DNA of 64,000 bases from Planctomycetota bacterium (GTDB taxonomy: Bacteria > Planctomycetota > UBA1135 > UBA2386). The stretch is from assembly GCA_965223545.1 (NCBI GenBank), contig OZ245006.1, forward strand, positions 1,408,001-1,472,000. Direction: 5' to 3'. The translations under genes and the position numbers were made by a program. A model generated the notes under the pieces. The model was given only the letters and a program-made list of their open reading frames with translations, was not told the origin of the DNA and did no database searches. Below are positions 1-9,417 of the stretch, piece by piece. Position 1 is the first letter of the stretch; every line of letters begins with the position of its first letter.

Positions 1-755
1 AGGCCGGCGCGCGCTCCGCGCCGCGCACCGCCCAGGGCGACACGCTGCTGCACGTTCTCGAAGGAGGCGGCACGGTCGCGATCGACGGCGGCAGCCACGC
101 AGTCGAAGCCGGCAGCCTGGTGCGCATCGGCGCCGGGGCGCGCTGGTCCCTCGACGCAGAGACCGCGTTGCGCTGCTTGAGCGTGCGCTCGAACGCCGTC
201 GCCCACTCGGGCGGGATGGCCGCCGGGCCCCGGCCCACCGAGCAGACGCCGTATCCCGAGACCAGCCCGCGCGGCTCGGCGCGCATCTTCTACTGGTACG
301 GACCCGGGTCCGCGGGCCAGGTCGACCTGGACTACGGCCGGCCGCGCTGGCAACCGAAGTTCGAGCAGTTCGTCGGCGGCAAGGGTGCCGCGCGCTGGCG
401 GCTGGGCCAGAACTTCTGGACGCGACTCGACACCAACATCGGGCTGCGATTCGGCGCGGTCGAGCTCGCACCCGGGACCCACTATCTGGTGTTGGCGCGC
501 GCCGCGGACGGCGAGCTCGCCCTGGTGGCGCTCGATCCCGCCGCGGTCCGCGCAGAGCGACTCGATGCATGGCACGCGCCGAAGACGCAAGGCGGCCAAC
601 GCATTCCGCTCGACCACTCCCGCACAGAGGACCGCGCGGAGTTCCTGCTCTGCGCGCTCGCGGTGGACCGCGAGCGCCGCGATCGCGCGCGCCTCGACAT
701 CTTCTTCGGTCCACATCACCTGCAGACCGACTTCGACATGCTCGCGCAGCGCTGA
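1..755 (+). CDS. Cupin-like domain fused to a DUF2911-like domain (5' end lies outside the window)
   Basis: The frame is open from base 3. TLLHVLEGGGTVAIDGGSHAVEAGSLVRI is cupin-like. SPRG...VDLDYGRP...WRLGQN..TRLDTN..LRFGAVELAPGTHYL is DUF2911-like. Confidence 0.6.
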   Translation, partial: AGARSAPRTAQGDTLLHVLEGGGTVAIDGGSHAVEAGSLVRIGAGARWSLDAETALRCLSVRSNAVAHSGGMAAGPRPTEQTPYPETSPRGSARIFYWYGPGSAGQVDLDYGRPRWQPKFEQFVGGKGAARWRLGQNFWTRLDTNIGLRFGAVELAPGTHYLVLARAADGELALVALDPAAVRAERLDAWHAPKTQGGQRIPLDHSRTEDRAEFLLCALAVDRERRDRARLDIFFGPHHLQTDFDMLAQR

Positions 756-776
756 CGCTGCCGGCAGAATGCGGCG

Positions 777-1406
777 ATGCCCGCCACCCTCGAAACCCTG
801 CGCCGAGCCCGCTGCTCGGCGATCCTGCGCACTCAACACGCCGACGCCGTCGCGCCGGCAATGCAGGCCGCCGTCGACGGCGGATTCAGGGTGGTGGAGT
901 TCACCCTCAACACACCGAACGCGCTGCAGCACATCGAGACGTTTGCCGGCGACGAGCACCTGCTGGTCGGCGCCGGCACCGTGCTGAGCACCGACGATGC
1001 CCGCGCCGCGCGGGACGCCGGCGCGCGCTTCTTGGTCTCGCCGGTGGTCGACGAGGCGGTGATCGACTACGCGGTGCAGCACGACCTGGTCGCGATTCCC
1101 GGCTGCGCCACGCCCACCGAGATGCTCCGCGCCCACCGCTCCGGCGCGCAGATCATCAAGCTGTTCCCGTCGCCGGCGGACGGCCCCGCGACGGTGCAGT
1201 CGATCCTCGGGCCCATGCCGTTCTTGCGCATCTTCCCCACCAGCGGGGTCACCCTCGAGAACGTCACCGCCTACTTCGCCGCCGGCGCGTTCGGCGTGGG
1301 CTTCGTCACCTCACTGTTCGCCGCCGGGGACGTCGCGGCGGGCCGGTTCGACGCCATCCGCGAACGCGCGGCGGCGATGACCGCCGCCGTCGCCGGCGCC
1401 CCCTGA
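777..1406 (+). CDS. eda: KDPG/KHG aldolase
   Basis: VVEFTLNT, VGAGTVL, GARFLVSP, PGCATPTE and the Schiff-base KLFP motif; 209 aa. Confidence 0.9.
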   Translation: MPATLETLRRARCSAILRTQHADAVAPAMQAAVDGGFRVVEFTLNTPNALQHIETFAGDEHLLVGAGTVLSTDDARAARDAGARFLVSPVVDEAVIDYAVQHDLVAIPGCATPTEMLRAHRSGAQIIKLFPSPADGPATVQSILGPMPFLRIFPTSGVTLENVTAYFAAGAFGVGFVTSLFAAGDVAAGRFDAIRERAAAMTAAVAGAP

Positions 1407-1414
1407 CCGCAGCC

Positions 1415-2746
1415 TCACTTCGGCGCCGGAGGCGGCTCGCGCTGCTGCAGCGCGCTCCACAGCCGGCGCTCCGCGCGCCGGAACAGCAGCGCGACCCGGT
1501 CGGCGTCGGTGACGCCGTCCGCCGCGGGACCAGCCTCGCCCCGGTGCGCGCGTTCATACAGATCCTGCAGCTGCGCGGCAGCATCCGCGGCGGACTGAAG
1601 CCGCGGCGGCTGCGGCACCGCCAGCGCCGACAACCGCGCGCCGTCGTCCAACAACTCGGCCAAGGCGCGCGCGTCGCCCGGCGCGAACCACGCGCAACTG
1701 CCCTCGGCACCGTGCTCTCGATAGGCGGGCAGGTCGGAAGCCAAAACCGGCAGCCCCAACAGCAACGCCTCGTCGAGGATCAGTCCGTAGGACTCGTGAC
1801 AGCACGACGCCAGCACCGCGTAATCGGCATCGGATCCAGCCAGATCCTCCGTGGTGAACCCACCGCGAAACTCGACCCGCAATCCCGCGGCCGCGGCGTG
1901 CAGCTGCTCGCGATAGGCCGCGTCGTGGGCCTCGCCCCAGACCTCGAGGCTCCACTCGTCTGCTGCGCGCCGCATCGCCGCCAGCACCACTTCCAGCCCC
2001 TTCTCGGGGTAGAGCGCACCCCACACCAAGAGCCGCCGCCCGCGCGGCGCCGGCTGTGGGGGGCGACGCGGTGGCGACCGCAGCAGCGGCGGCGGCGTCA
2101 CCGCGACCTCCCCGAGCGCCCCCTCGGAGAGCTCCGCGAGGCCGCGCGCATGCGCGCCACTCGGCGCGCACAGCAGGTGCGCCGCCGCCAACTCCGCCGC
2201 GAAGTCACGGCGGTGGAAGGCGAACGCCTCGGCGCGCTCCGCGGCCCCGACGTAGGCCGGCACCTCGGGCGGCTCGGCCCGCGTGGCACCGATGCGCCGC
2301 ACCGGCGTCGCCAGCACCGAGTAGTAGTCGTGCAGCGTCACCGCGGTGAGCGCCCCGGCCCGACGCGCGATCCGCGCCAGGTCCGAGGTCAACCGCACCC
2401 AATGGTGCACGTGCACGACATCGGGCCGCTCGGCCGCCAGCAGCTCGGCGAACCGCGCCGACACCGCCGGCGCGTGCGCCTTGATCCAGCCATCGTGGTA
2501 CAGGTCGTCGCGCGCCAGCCGACAGACGGACAGCCCGTCGACGACGTCGCGCGTCAAGGCGACGGCCTCCGAAACCGCGAGCACGCCGGCCACCACGACG
2601 ACTTCATGGCCGGCGGCCAAGAAGGCGCGCGCCAGGGCCTCGACGGTGTTCTCCGTGCCGCCGCGCAGCTCGGGGGGGAAGCCGTGCACGCAGAGCAGGA
2701 TCTTCATCGCGCGCGGCAGCTTAGGCGCAGGCGCATCCCGGGTCAC
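1415..2746 (-). CDS. Glycosyltransferase family 4 (GT-B)
   Basis: KILLCVHGFPPELRGGTE, PDVVHVHH, TLHDY, EKG, ESYGLILDEALLLGLPVLASD. The GTG start overlaps the upstream stop; an alternative ATG lies at 2707. Confidence 0.9.
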   Translation of the reverse strand: MTRDAPAPKLPRAMKILLCVHGFPPELRGGTENTVEALARAFLAAGHEVVVVAGVLAVSEAVALTRDVVDGLSVCRLARDDLYHDGWIKAHAPAVSARFAELLAAERPDVVHVHHWVRLTSDLARIARRAGALTAVTLHDYYSVLATPVRRIGATRAEPPEVPAYVGAAERAEAFAFHRRDFAAELAAAHLLCAPSGAHARGLAELSEGALGEVAVTPPPLLRSPPRRPPQPAPRGRRLLVWGALYPEKGLEVVLAAMRRAADEWSLEVWGEAHDAAYREQLHAAAAGLRVEFRGGFTTEDLAGSDADYAVLASCCHESYGLILDEALLLGLPVLASDLPAYREHGAEGSCAWFAPGDARALAELLDDGARLSALAVPQPPRLQSAADAAAQLQDLYERAHRGEAGPAADGVTDADRVALLFRRAERRLWSALQQREPPPAPK

Positions 2747-3666
2747 TCGCTTCGCACGCCTCGCCCGAGGTAACGCTCGACGTCACGGGCCGTGACCCGC
2801 TGCCCGCGAATGCCGGCGAGGATGCCGCGCGCCTTCGCCATCATCGCCGCCCAACCGGTACCCCCCACCCAGGTCAACGGCCATAGAACGACCTCGAACA
2901 CTGCAAAGGCCAACCAATCGCGCGGCCGGCCGTGGCGCCGCAAGTAGTGCACCGAGTTGACTCCCGACATGTACTTGCGCATCGGCGACCGTCCGCCGCC
3001 CGACGAAGCGCTGGATGCGTGCACGACACGCACCCATGGCAACCACAAGACCGTCCATCCGCGATCGCGCAACCGTTGCCCGAGATCGACGTCCTCCCAG
3101 TACATGAAGTAGCTCTCGTCGAGGTCGCCGACGTCGGCCAGCGCGCTCAGCCGATACAGCGCACACGCGCCCGGCATGAAGTCCACCGCCTCTGGCCCGG
3201 CGTCGAGCGGCGCGGGCTCCTCGCCGAGTCCGCGCAAGCGCAGCATGTTGGGGTGGAACGCCAGCGCACCGCCCTGACACCAGGCGCGCCCGTCGGTGCG
3301 CAGCATGGTCGGGCCGACGCAAGCGATCCCGGGATCGTTGCGCAGCACCCGCACCATCGGCGCCAAGAAACCGGGCTGCAGTCGCAGGTCGTTGTTCAGC
3401 AGCAGCACGAACTCGGCGTCGCGCTCGCGCGCCCAGGCCAGGCCCCGGTTGATCGCGGCGCAGTAGCCCACGTTGGACTCCAAGGACAACAGCGTGAAGT
3501 CACCGGGCCCAGCAGCCAGGCGAGCGCTCGATCCATCGCCGGAACCGTTGTCGATCACCAAGAGACTCAGTGCGGCCTCGCCACAGTCGGCGATGTCGGT
3601 CATGCACTGCAACGTCAACTCCGGCTGGCGCCAGTTGAGCAAGACCCCGACCACGGTGGGCGGCAT
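2743..3666 (-). CDS. Glycosyltransferase family 2
   Basis: VLLNW, VIDNGSGD, NVGYCAAINRG, LLLNND, GACAL, DESYFMYWEDVD. Confidence 0.9.
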   Translation of the reverse strand: MPPTVVGVLLNWRQPELTLQCMTDIADCGEAALSLLVIDNGSGDGSSARLAAGPGDFTLLSLESNVGYCAAINRGLAWARERDAEFVLLLNNDLRLQPGFLAPMVRVLRNDPGIACVGPTMLRTDGRAWCQGGALAFHPNMLRLRGLGEEPAPLDAGPEAVDFMPGACALYRLSALADVGDLDESYFMYWEDVDLGQRLRDRGWTVLWLPWVRVVHASSASSGGGRSPMRKYMSGVNSVHYLRRHGRPRDWLAFAVFEVVLWPLTWVGGTGWAAMMAKARGILAGIRGQRVTARDVERYLGRGVRSE

Positions 3667-3748
3667 CCATCGGATCGTCGCCGACCCGGTCGCCCTCCGC
3701 GAGCACTTCTCCGCGCGCCGAGCTGGCGGTCGGTGGCCCCGACCCCGC

Positions 3749-4390
3749 TCACTCGGCGGCGAACGCGAGGGTCGGCTCCCGCTCGACGCTCGCCCCGCTT
3801 GCCACTGGCGGATCGCCGCTCTCCAACGCCGGCTCGCCCACCGGGCCGGCAGTGCGCAGCAGGCCGAGGCCGATGCCCGCCGCCGCGACCAGGGCCCACA
3901 ACATCGTCCTCGCCGCGGCCCCCCCGCGCGCTTCGTCGGTAGGGCCGCCCCCCGACCGCATCAAGCGGGTCATGGTCTCGACCGGCAGCGCGCCGCGCAC
4001 GCCGAACGACATCGTCGCCGGCAACGCCGCCATCAGACGCGCGCGATCGGCGCCCGTCATGCCGGCCAGCAGCTGCTCGCGCAGCAGCGTCTGGAGGCAG
4101 CTGCCCAGCTGCGACCGCCCGGCCAGCGGCGCGTCACGCGACCCGCCCTCATGAGTCTCGTCGCACAGGCGGGTCAGGGCCTCGCTCATCGCGCGCTCCA
4201 CCCGGCGCTCGACATCACCCACTGCCAGCTGGGTCAGCGCGCGCACCGCCGCCGCCCATGCCGCTCCGCCGTAGCGCAGCAAGAGCACTGCACGCGCTTC
4301 ACCGCGACCGGCACGCATCTGCTCGACCACCTCCTGGTCGAGCATGATCGGGCCAGCGGCGCTGGCCACGAGGGGGAGAGAGGCACTCAT
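3749..4390 (-). CDS. Hypothetical protein with an ECF sigma region-2-like N-terminus and one C-terminal transmembrane helix
   Basis: Fills the gap between co-oriented GT genes. DQEVVEQMRAGRGEARAVLLLRY resembles the ECF N-terminal pattern; MLWALVAAAGIGLGLL is hydrophobic. Start is uncertain. Confidence 0.45.
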   Translation of the reverse strand: MSASLPLVASAAGPIMLDQEVVEQMRAGRGEARAVLLLRYGGAAWAAAVRALTQLAVGDVERRVERAMSEALTRLCDETHEGGSRDAPLAGRSQLGSCLQTLLREQLLAGMTGADRARLMAALPATMSFGVRGALPVETMTRLMRSGGGPTDEARGGAAARTMLWALVAAAGIGLGLLRTAGPVGEPALESGDPPVASGASVEREPTLAFAAE

Positions 4391-4512
4391 CGTCGGACAG
4401 GCTTGGATTGGACTCCGGGGGCATCTTCCCAAACGCTGGAATGACGGTCCACGGCCGTGGTTTCCGACAAAAACCGAGACACCGAGTCAGATCTCCGCAC
4501 CGCAGAGCACGG

Positions 4513-5631
4513 TCAACCGCACCATCGACGGATCAAGCGCCAGTAGCCGCCGTAGATCGCGTCCAGACCACGCCGCACGACAGCGGAGAATCCCTGATCG
4601 GCAATCCCCGGGTGCAAGGTCAGCGGAGCAGCAACCAGCAGCTCGCGGTCGGAAACCGTGCGGGCCGCCTGCACTCTCGCCCGCGCACGCGCGAGGCTCG
4701 GCAGCAGCCGCAACAGCGAGAGCTTGCCGCGCAACCACGCGATCCCGTGCCCCTTCCCCAACGCGAACGCGAAGTGCGAGGCCGTGTAAAGAGATTGTAT
4801 CGGGAGCAGCAGGAGCAGCGAACGCCAGTGCAGGCAGGTGAGCAGGATCGCCCAGCGGTTGCGGCTGTGAAAGTAGGTGCGCGCCGGGTGCAGCTGACCT
4901 CCGGCACGGTGCGACAGACCGGCGGTGCCGCCGCGGTGTCGCACCACGGCGCGCGGTTCCAGCCACAGCCGCGCCCCGGTCAGCCGCAGCCGCCAGGCGA
5001 AGTCGGTGTCCTCGAAGTAGAAGAACAGCGACTCGCGAAAGCCGCCGACTGCATCGAAAGCGGAACGGCGCACCAGGATGCAGAGACCGACTACGCCGCC
5101 GATCTCCACCGCCTCGTCATCGGCGTCCGCCAGCGGACCGAAGAAGTTCGCCAGCAGAAGAAGACCCAAGACATGTAGCCGCGACGCGTCGTAGTGGATG
5201 GTGTCGGGGCGATCGGCACACAGCGCACGCGCCTGCACGACCGCCGCGCCGGCCTCTTCGAGCCGCGCGCACAGCGCGGCCAGTGCGCCCGGCTCGAGGA
5301 CCACGTCGTTGTCGACCAGCAAGACCCGCTCGTGGGAGGCCGCGCGGACGCCGGCGTTGCGCGCCGCGCCGGGGCCACCGTTGCGCCCGGTGTCGATGAC
5401 CTTGGCGCGGGGAAAATGCTGAGCGACCCACTCGCGCGAGCCGTCCTCTGAGTGGTTGTCGACCACCAACACCTCCCCCGGCGGCGGATCCTGTGCGAAC
5501 AGCGACTCGAGGCAAGCGCGCAAGTAGTGCTTGCCATTCCAATTGACGACGACCGCGGAGACCACGCCGGAAGCCGGCGACTGTAGCTGGATGAGCCTCC
5601 GGCGCCTCGAATCTTCGAGCGTCGACAACAT
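4513..5631 (-). CDS. Glycosyltransferase family 2
   Basis: VSAVVVNWNG, VVDNHSEDGS, ARNAG, LLVDND, FFYFEDTDF. Confidence 0.9.
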   Translation of the reverse strand: MLSTLEDSRRRRLIQLQSPASGVVSAVVVNWNGKHYLRACLESLFAQDPPPGEVLVVDNHSEDGSREWVAQHFPRAKVIDTGRNGGPGAARNAGVRAASHERVLLVDNDVVLEPGALAALCARLEEAGAAVVQARALCADRPDTIHYDASRLHVLGLLLLANFFGPLADADDEAVEIGGVVGLCILVRRSAFDAVGGFRESLFFYFEDTDFAWRLRLTGARLWLEPRAVVRHRGGTAGLSHRAGGQLHPARTYFHSRNRWAILLTCLHWRSLLLLLPIQSLYTASHFAFALGKGHGIAWLRGKLSLLRLLPSLARARARVQAARTVSDRELLVAAPLTLHPGIADQGFSAVVRRGLDAIYGGYWRLIRRWCG

Positions 5632-5700
5632 TCTCGAGGCGACGTCGCCGCCTTGGCAGCGACGCTGCCGCGCCGGAGGCTCGGAGAGACAGTGCCTCCT

Positions 5701-5983
5701 GGCTCAGCGCGGCGGCGGATGTGTCCGGTCTTCCAAGCCGCTCCGGGAAAAGCGGCATCCGAGTTTGGTTGCGGCCGTGGCCGCGCTGAGCCTCCGGGGC
5801 CGAGAGTCTTCGCGCGGCGACAACACTTCCGAAGGCCGGTCGTCGTCGGGACTTCCGTACCGCAACTCCCGGCCGCTCGAAAGTAACACGGGCGTCTGCG
5901 GTCAGCGCGGCGGCGGATGTGTCAAGCCTTCCAAGCCGTTCCGGCGGCATCCGAGTTTGGTTGCGGCCGGGCCGCCCTGAGCC
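5701..5983. repeat. BIME/REP-like cluster: two ~85-92 bp palindromic units separated by a ~106 bp linker
   Basis: Unit 1 (5701-5792) has perfect 13-bp terminal inverted repeats GGCTCAGCGCGGC/GCCGCGCTGAGCC. Unit 2 (5899-5983) is a degenerate direct copy. Both contain GGCATCCGAGTTTGGTTGCGGCC. Confidence 0.8.
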
Positions 5984-6050
5984 GACCGATCCGCCCCCGG
6001 AGGTCGGCGCCAACGACGCGACTCTTGCGGAATCGCCGCTGGCGGCGACG

Positions 6051-7073
6051 ATGCGGTCACCAGTGGGCGAGCCGACCTTGGATCTCACCGCCGCGGCGGC
6101 CGCCGGCGCCGCCGACGACGAGCTCGCCAGCGCCTGGCGCGCGACGTTCGCCGAAGCCTGCCGGGAGCACGACATCCACGGCCGTCTCGACGGGCCCGCC
6201 GACGGCATGACCGTCGCCTTCGATGGGCAGGAAGGCGCTGCCAGCCCGTTGATCCTGGCCGCCTTCGTCGACGAGCTCGGCAAGCGCGGGGTCCGCGGCG
6301 GTCCGGTGCTGGTGGCCCGCGCGGCGCTCGACTCCGCGCAGCGCCGCCGCGCGAGCGCGGCGCTGGCGCACGCGATCGGCCGGCTGCGCACGCTGCTCGT
6401 CGAGTACAACTCCTACCTGAGCGGCGGATTGCCCTGGGTGTTCACCGATCCCGGCCAGCCGGCCGCCGCCCGGGGCCTGGCGATCTACCGATTTCCGGCA
6501 CGTGCCGCGGTCGACGTCGAAGCCGACGGCGATGCGGTGCGCATCCACGTGCACGCCGGCGATCTCGGTGAAGTGACGTCGTCGGGCTTCTGGGTGCCAA
6601 CGCTGCTGCGGGGCGACCTCGACATCCGGATTCGCTACCGCCTGCCGCGGTGGCAACCCGGCGCCGCGGCGAGCAACTTCGCCCTGTTCTTGCAGGACGA
6701 ACCGTCCGAGCAGCGCTACTACGCGCAACGGCGCGCCGCCGGCGACGGCACCCACGAGGTCCTCGGCAACTTCCACAACGACTCGTTCACCCGCACCGTC
6801 GCGGTGCACGGGGCCGCGGGTGGGTTGCGGCTGACGCGGAGCGGCGGGCAGGTCACTGCCTGGCACCGGACGCCCGACGCCGACTGGATCGAGCTCGGCA
6901 GCCGCGACGACGGCGATCCGCGCGACGTTCTACCCGGCGTGAAGATCTGGTCGAGCGGCGCGTGCGGAGCGCTGATCGCCGAGCTGCACGACCTGCAGCT
7001 GCGAGCCACCCTCCCCCCGGAGAATGCACAATTGGCCGCCGTGCCGATCCGACCCGACCCGCGCCACGGGTGA
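6051..7073 (+). CDS. Hypothetical protein with a C-terminal beta-sandwich (concanavalin A-like) domain
   Basis: Long ORF with host-like codon use. LRGDLDIRIRY...GGLRLTRSGGQVTAWH...WIELGS is typical of ConA-like domains. Start placed downstream of the repeat and uncertain. Confidence 0.55.
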   Translation: MRSPVGEPTLDLTAAAAAGAADDELASAWRATFAEACREHDIHGRLDGPADGMTVAFDGQEGAASPLILAAFVDELGKRGVRGGPVLVARAALDSAQRRRASAALAHAIGRLRTLLVEYNSYLSGGLPWVFTDPGQPAAARGLAIYRFPARAAVDVEADGDAVRIHVHAGDLGEVTSSGFWVPTLLRGDLDIRIRYRLPRWQPGAAASNFALFLQDEPSEQRYYAQRRAAGDGTHEVLGNFHNDSFTRTVAVHGAAGGLRLTRSGGQVTAWHRTPDADWIELGSRDDGDPRDVLPGVKIWSSGACGALIAELHDLQLRATLPPENAQLAAVPIRPDPRHG

Positions 7074-7082
7074 GACAGGCTC

Positions 7083-7493
7083 CTACGGCCCGCGCAGCAG
7101 GGCGGCGCGGAACTCGTCGGAGATCGGCAGACGATCACCGGTGCGGTAGTCGAGCATGACGAGCACGGCGACGCCGCGGGCGTAGACGACGGCTCGATCG
7201 TCGGCGGCCCACGCGGCGTAGTGCATCTCGAAGCTGGTGTTGCCGACCCGCTCGGTGCGCGCGCCGATGCACACCTCTGTCGGCCAGTGCACCGGTGCGG
7301 CGAAATCACACTCGGCGCGCGCCAGGATCGGCCCCGCCGCCGGCGTGCCACCCGCTGCGACGCCGAGCGCCGCCAGGTAGCGCATGCGCGCTGCTTCGAA
7401 CCAGGTCAGGTAGCGGGCGTTGTTGACGTGGCCAAAGGCGTCTTGATCCCCCCAGAGCACGGGGATCCTCATCTCGAAAGGAAAATCGGTCAT
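7083..7493 (-). CDS. Acyl-CoA thioesterase, 4HBT/YbgC hotdog family
   Basis: WGDQDAFGHVNNARYLTWFEAAR and ERVGNTSF. Confidence 0.9.
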   Translation of the reverse strand: MTDFPFEMRIPVLWGDQDAFGHVNNARYLTWFEAARMRYLAALGVAAGGTPAAGPILARAECDFAAPVHWPTEVCIGARTERVGNTSFEMHYAAWAADDRAVVYARGVAVLVMLDYRTGDRLPISDEFRAALLRGP

Positions 7494-7530
7494 TCGGCCG
7501 CCGCCAGAGCGCCCGCCCACGATACGCGAA

Positions 7531-7742
7531 GCTCAGCGCGGCCGGGGCCGCAACCAAGAACCGAGCGCACCGCGACAGTAGCGGAGCCCGCGAACCCAGC
7601 GGTGCCGGACCGCCACGCTGAGCGCAGACGCCAGTGTTGTCGTCGAGCCTCCGGGAGTTGCGGTATCGAAGTCCCGGCGACGACGTGCCTTCCGAAAGGT
7701 TGTTGCCGCTCGAACATTCTCGGACCCCGAGGCTCAGCGCGA
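7531..7742. repeat. Inverted copy of the BIME/REP-like cluster at 5783-5983
   Basis: The reverse complement aligns to 5783-5983 across the linker (GGGACTTC..TACCGCAACTCCCGG...GCTCGA...AACAC.GGCGTCTGCG.TCAGCG.GGCGG) and the TTGGTTGCGGCC...GCCGCGCTGAGC end. Confidence 0.8.
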
Positions 7743-7790
7743 CCGTGGGACTTGCGTTGCCAGCGCGACTGATCTATCACCGCGCTGGCC

Positions 7791-8471
7791 TTGGTGCTTC
7801 CCTCTCCCAGCTACTGCCGCCGCGAAGCCTTCGACCTCTTCGTCGAGGCGCTTGCGGAACTCGAGAGCAGCGCGGGCCTGCTGGTGGCGGCCCTCGCCAT
7901 CGCCATGAACGAGCAACCCGACGTCGACGTCGAGGCGACCGACGCACAGCTCAGCCAGTGGGCACAGGCCGTGCGCAAGCGGGTCATCAGTGACTCACCG
8001 ACGGCTCTGCTGGCACACGCCCACGCCCTGCTGTTCGACGAGCTCGGCTTCTCCGGCAGCGCGCACGTCTTCGACGAACCTCGCTCCAGCTACTTGCCCG
8101 ACGTGCTGCGCCGCCGCACCGGGCTGCCGATTGCCATTTGTTTGGTCTACAAGCTCGTGCTCGAGCGCGTCGGCTTGACGGTCACCGGCATCAACGCTCC
8201 GGGCCACTTCATCGCGGCCGTCGACGACGGGCGCGGCCAGCTGCTGATCGATCCGTTCGCCGGCGGCCGGCTGGTCAGTCGCGACGACGCGATCGCCCGC
8301 GCCCGAGGGATGACACGAAGCCCGCGCCCCGCCGACGACATGCTGCTGCGGCCGGCCAGCCACCGCGAGTGGCTGCGGCGCATGCTGCGCAACCTCCACG
8401 CCCTGTTTTCACAGCGCGGCGACCGCGCGCAGCTGGGCGCCATGCTCGAGTTGAGCCACACACTCGACTGA
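7791..8471 (+). CDS. SirB1-like transglutaminase-fold protein (Transglut_core2)
   Basis: LFDELGFSG, SYLPDVLRRRTGLPIAICLVY, GINAPGHF, IDPFAGG, LRRMLRNL. It ends before the usual TPR tail. Confidence 0.85.
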   Translation: MVLPSPSYCRREAFDLFVEALAELESSAGLLVAALAIAMNEQPDVDVEATDAQLSQWAQAVRKRVISDSPTALLAHAHALLFDELGFSGSAHVFDEPRSSYLPDVLRRRTGLPIAICLVYKLVLERVGLTVTGINAPGHFIAAVDDGRGQLLIDPFAGGRLVSRDDAIARARGMTRSPRPADDMLLRPASHREWLRRMLRNLHALFSQRGDRAQLGAMLELSHTLD

Positions 8472-8490
8472 ACGAGTCGGCGACGCCGCG

Positions 8491-9417
8491 CTACTTGAGG
8501 GGCAGCTCGAAGTCCGGGGCGCGGCACACCTGCCGATTGCGCAGGCAGTGCGGCAGCTTGAACAGAGCCGCCAGCGTCGCCTTGATGCAGACCCAGTAGC
8601 CACCGGGCACCGCGCGGATCGAATCGAACACGCCGATGGTGCCGACCGCGTCGGCGACGACTTCACCCGATGCACCCCCGGTCCGCCCGCGGCCGAGCCC
8701 CTTGCGCAGGAAGACGAACGGGAACGACAGCACCTTGCTCCACGGCACGTACTTGAAGGCGTAGATCCAGAAGTTGCGCACGTGGTAGTAGAGGCTGCGG
8801 CGGCCGTGCCGCATGCCGAACGGCGCCTTGTGGTGCACCACGACCGACGGCACCATCTTGACGCGATAGCCCAGGTTGAGCAGCCGCGCCGTCAGGTCGC
8901 GCTCGTTGCCGAAGATGAACAGCTCGACGTCGTAGTAGCCGGCTTTGCGCAGCGCCTCGTGCCGTGCCATGCTCGCACAGCCGCGGAACGTCGCCATGTA
9001 GCGCGGCCGGTTGTATGCCTCGGAATCGGCGAACCAGTCCGGCATCTCCGGCTCGAGCACTTTGGGCGACAACACGGCGGTGGTCTCCGGCTCGGCGGCA
9101 AACTCGGCCAGCATGCGCTCGACGTAGTCCTCGGCGAGGACCACGTCGTCGTCGAGGATGCCGACGAACTCCCCGACGGCGCTGGAGAACCCGATGTTGA
9201 ACGTCTCGCAAGCGCCGTATCGCGAGTGCGGCATACGGATCAGCTGCACCTCGGGAAACTCGGCGGTGACCATCTCCGGTGTCCCGTCGGTGCTGTCGTT
9301 GTCGACGACGATCACTTGCCGCGGCGCGCGAGTCTGCGCGCGGATCGCCGCGAGGTTCTCGCGCAGGTCGTCGATGCGGTTCCACACCGAGATCACCAGG
9401 GACACGTCGGCAGTCAC
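8491..9417 (-). CDS. Glycosyltransferase family 2
   Basis: VSLVISVWNR, VVDNDSTDGT, FNIG, ILDDD, FIFGNERDL. Confidence 0.9.
   Translation of the reverse strand: MTADVSLVISVWNRIDDLRENLAAIRAQTRAPRQVIVVDNDSTDGTPEMVTAEFPEVQLIRMPHSRYGACETFNIGFSSAVGEFVGILDDDVVLAEDYVERMLAEFAAEPETTAVLSPKVLEPEMPDWFADSEAYNRPRYMATFRGCASMARHEALRKAGYYDVELFIFGNERDLTARLLNLGYRVKMVPSVVVHHKAPFGMRHGRRSLYYHVRNFWIYAFKYVPWSKVLSFPFVFLRKGLGRGRTGGASGEVVADAVGTIGVFDSIRAVPGGYWVCIKATLAALFKLPHCLRNRQVCRAPDFELPLK

Noticed and set aside
5701..5983. Repeats as CRISPR, tRNA or small ORFs (5531-5980, 5653-5886, 7490-7780)
   Set aside because: The units are too long, too few and too degenerate for CRISPR, and no cloverleaf or T-loop is seen. 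ORF similarity simply reflects the DNA repeat.
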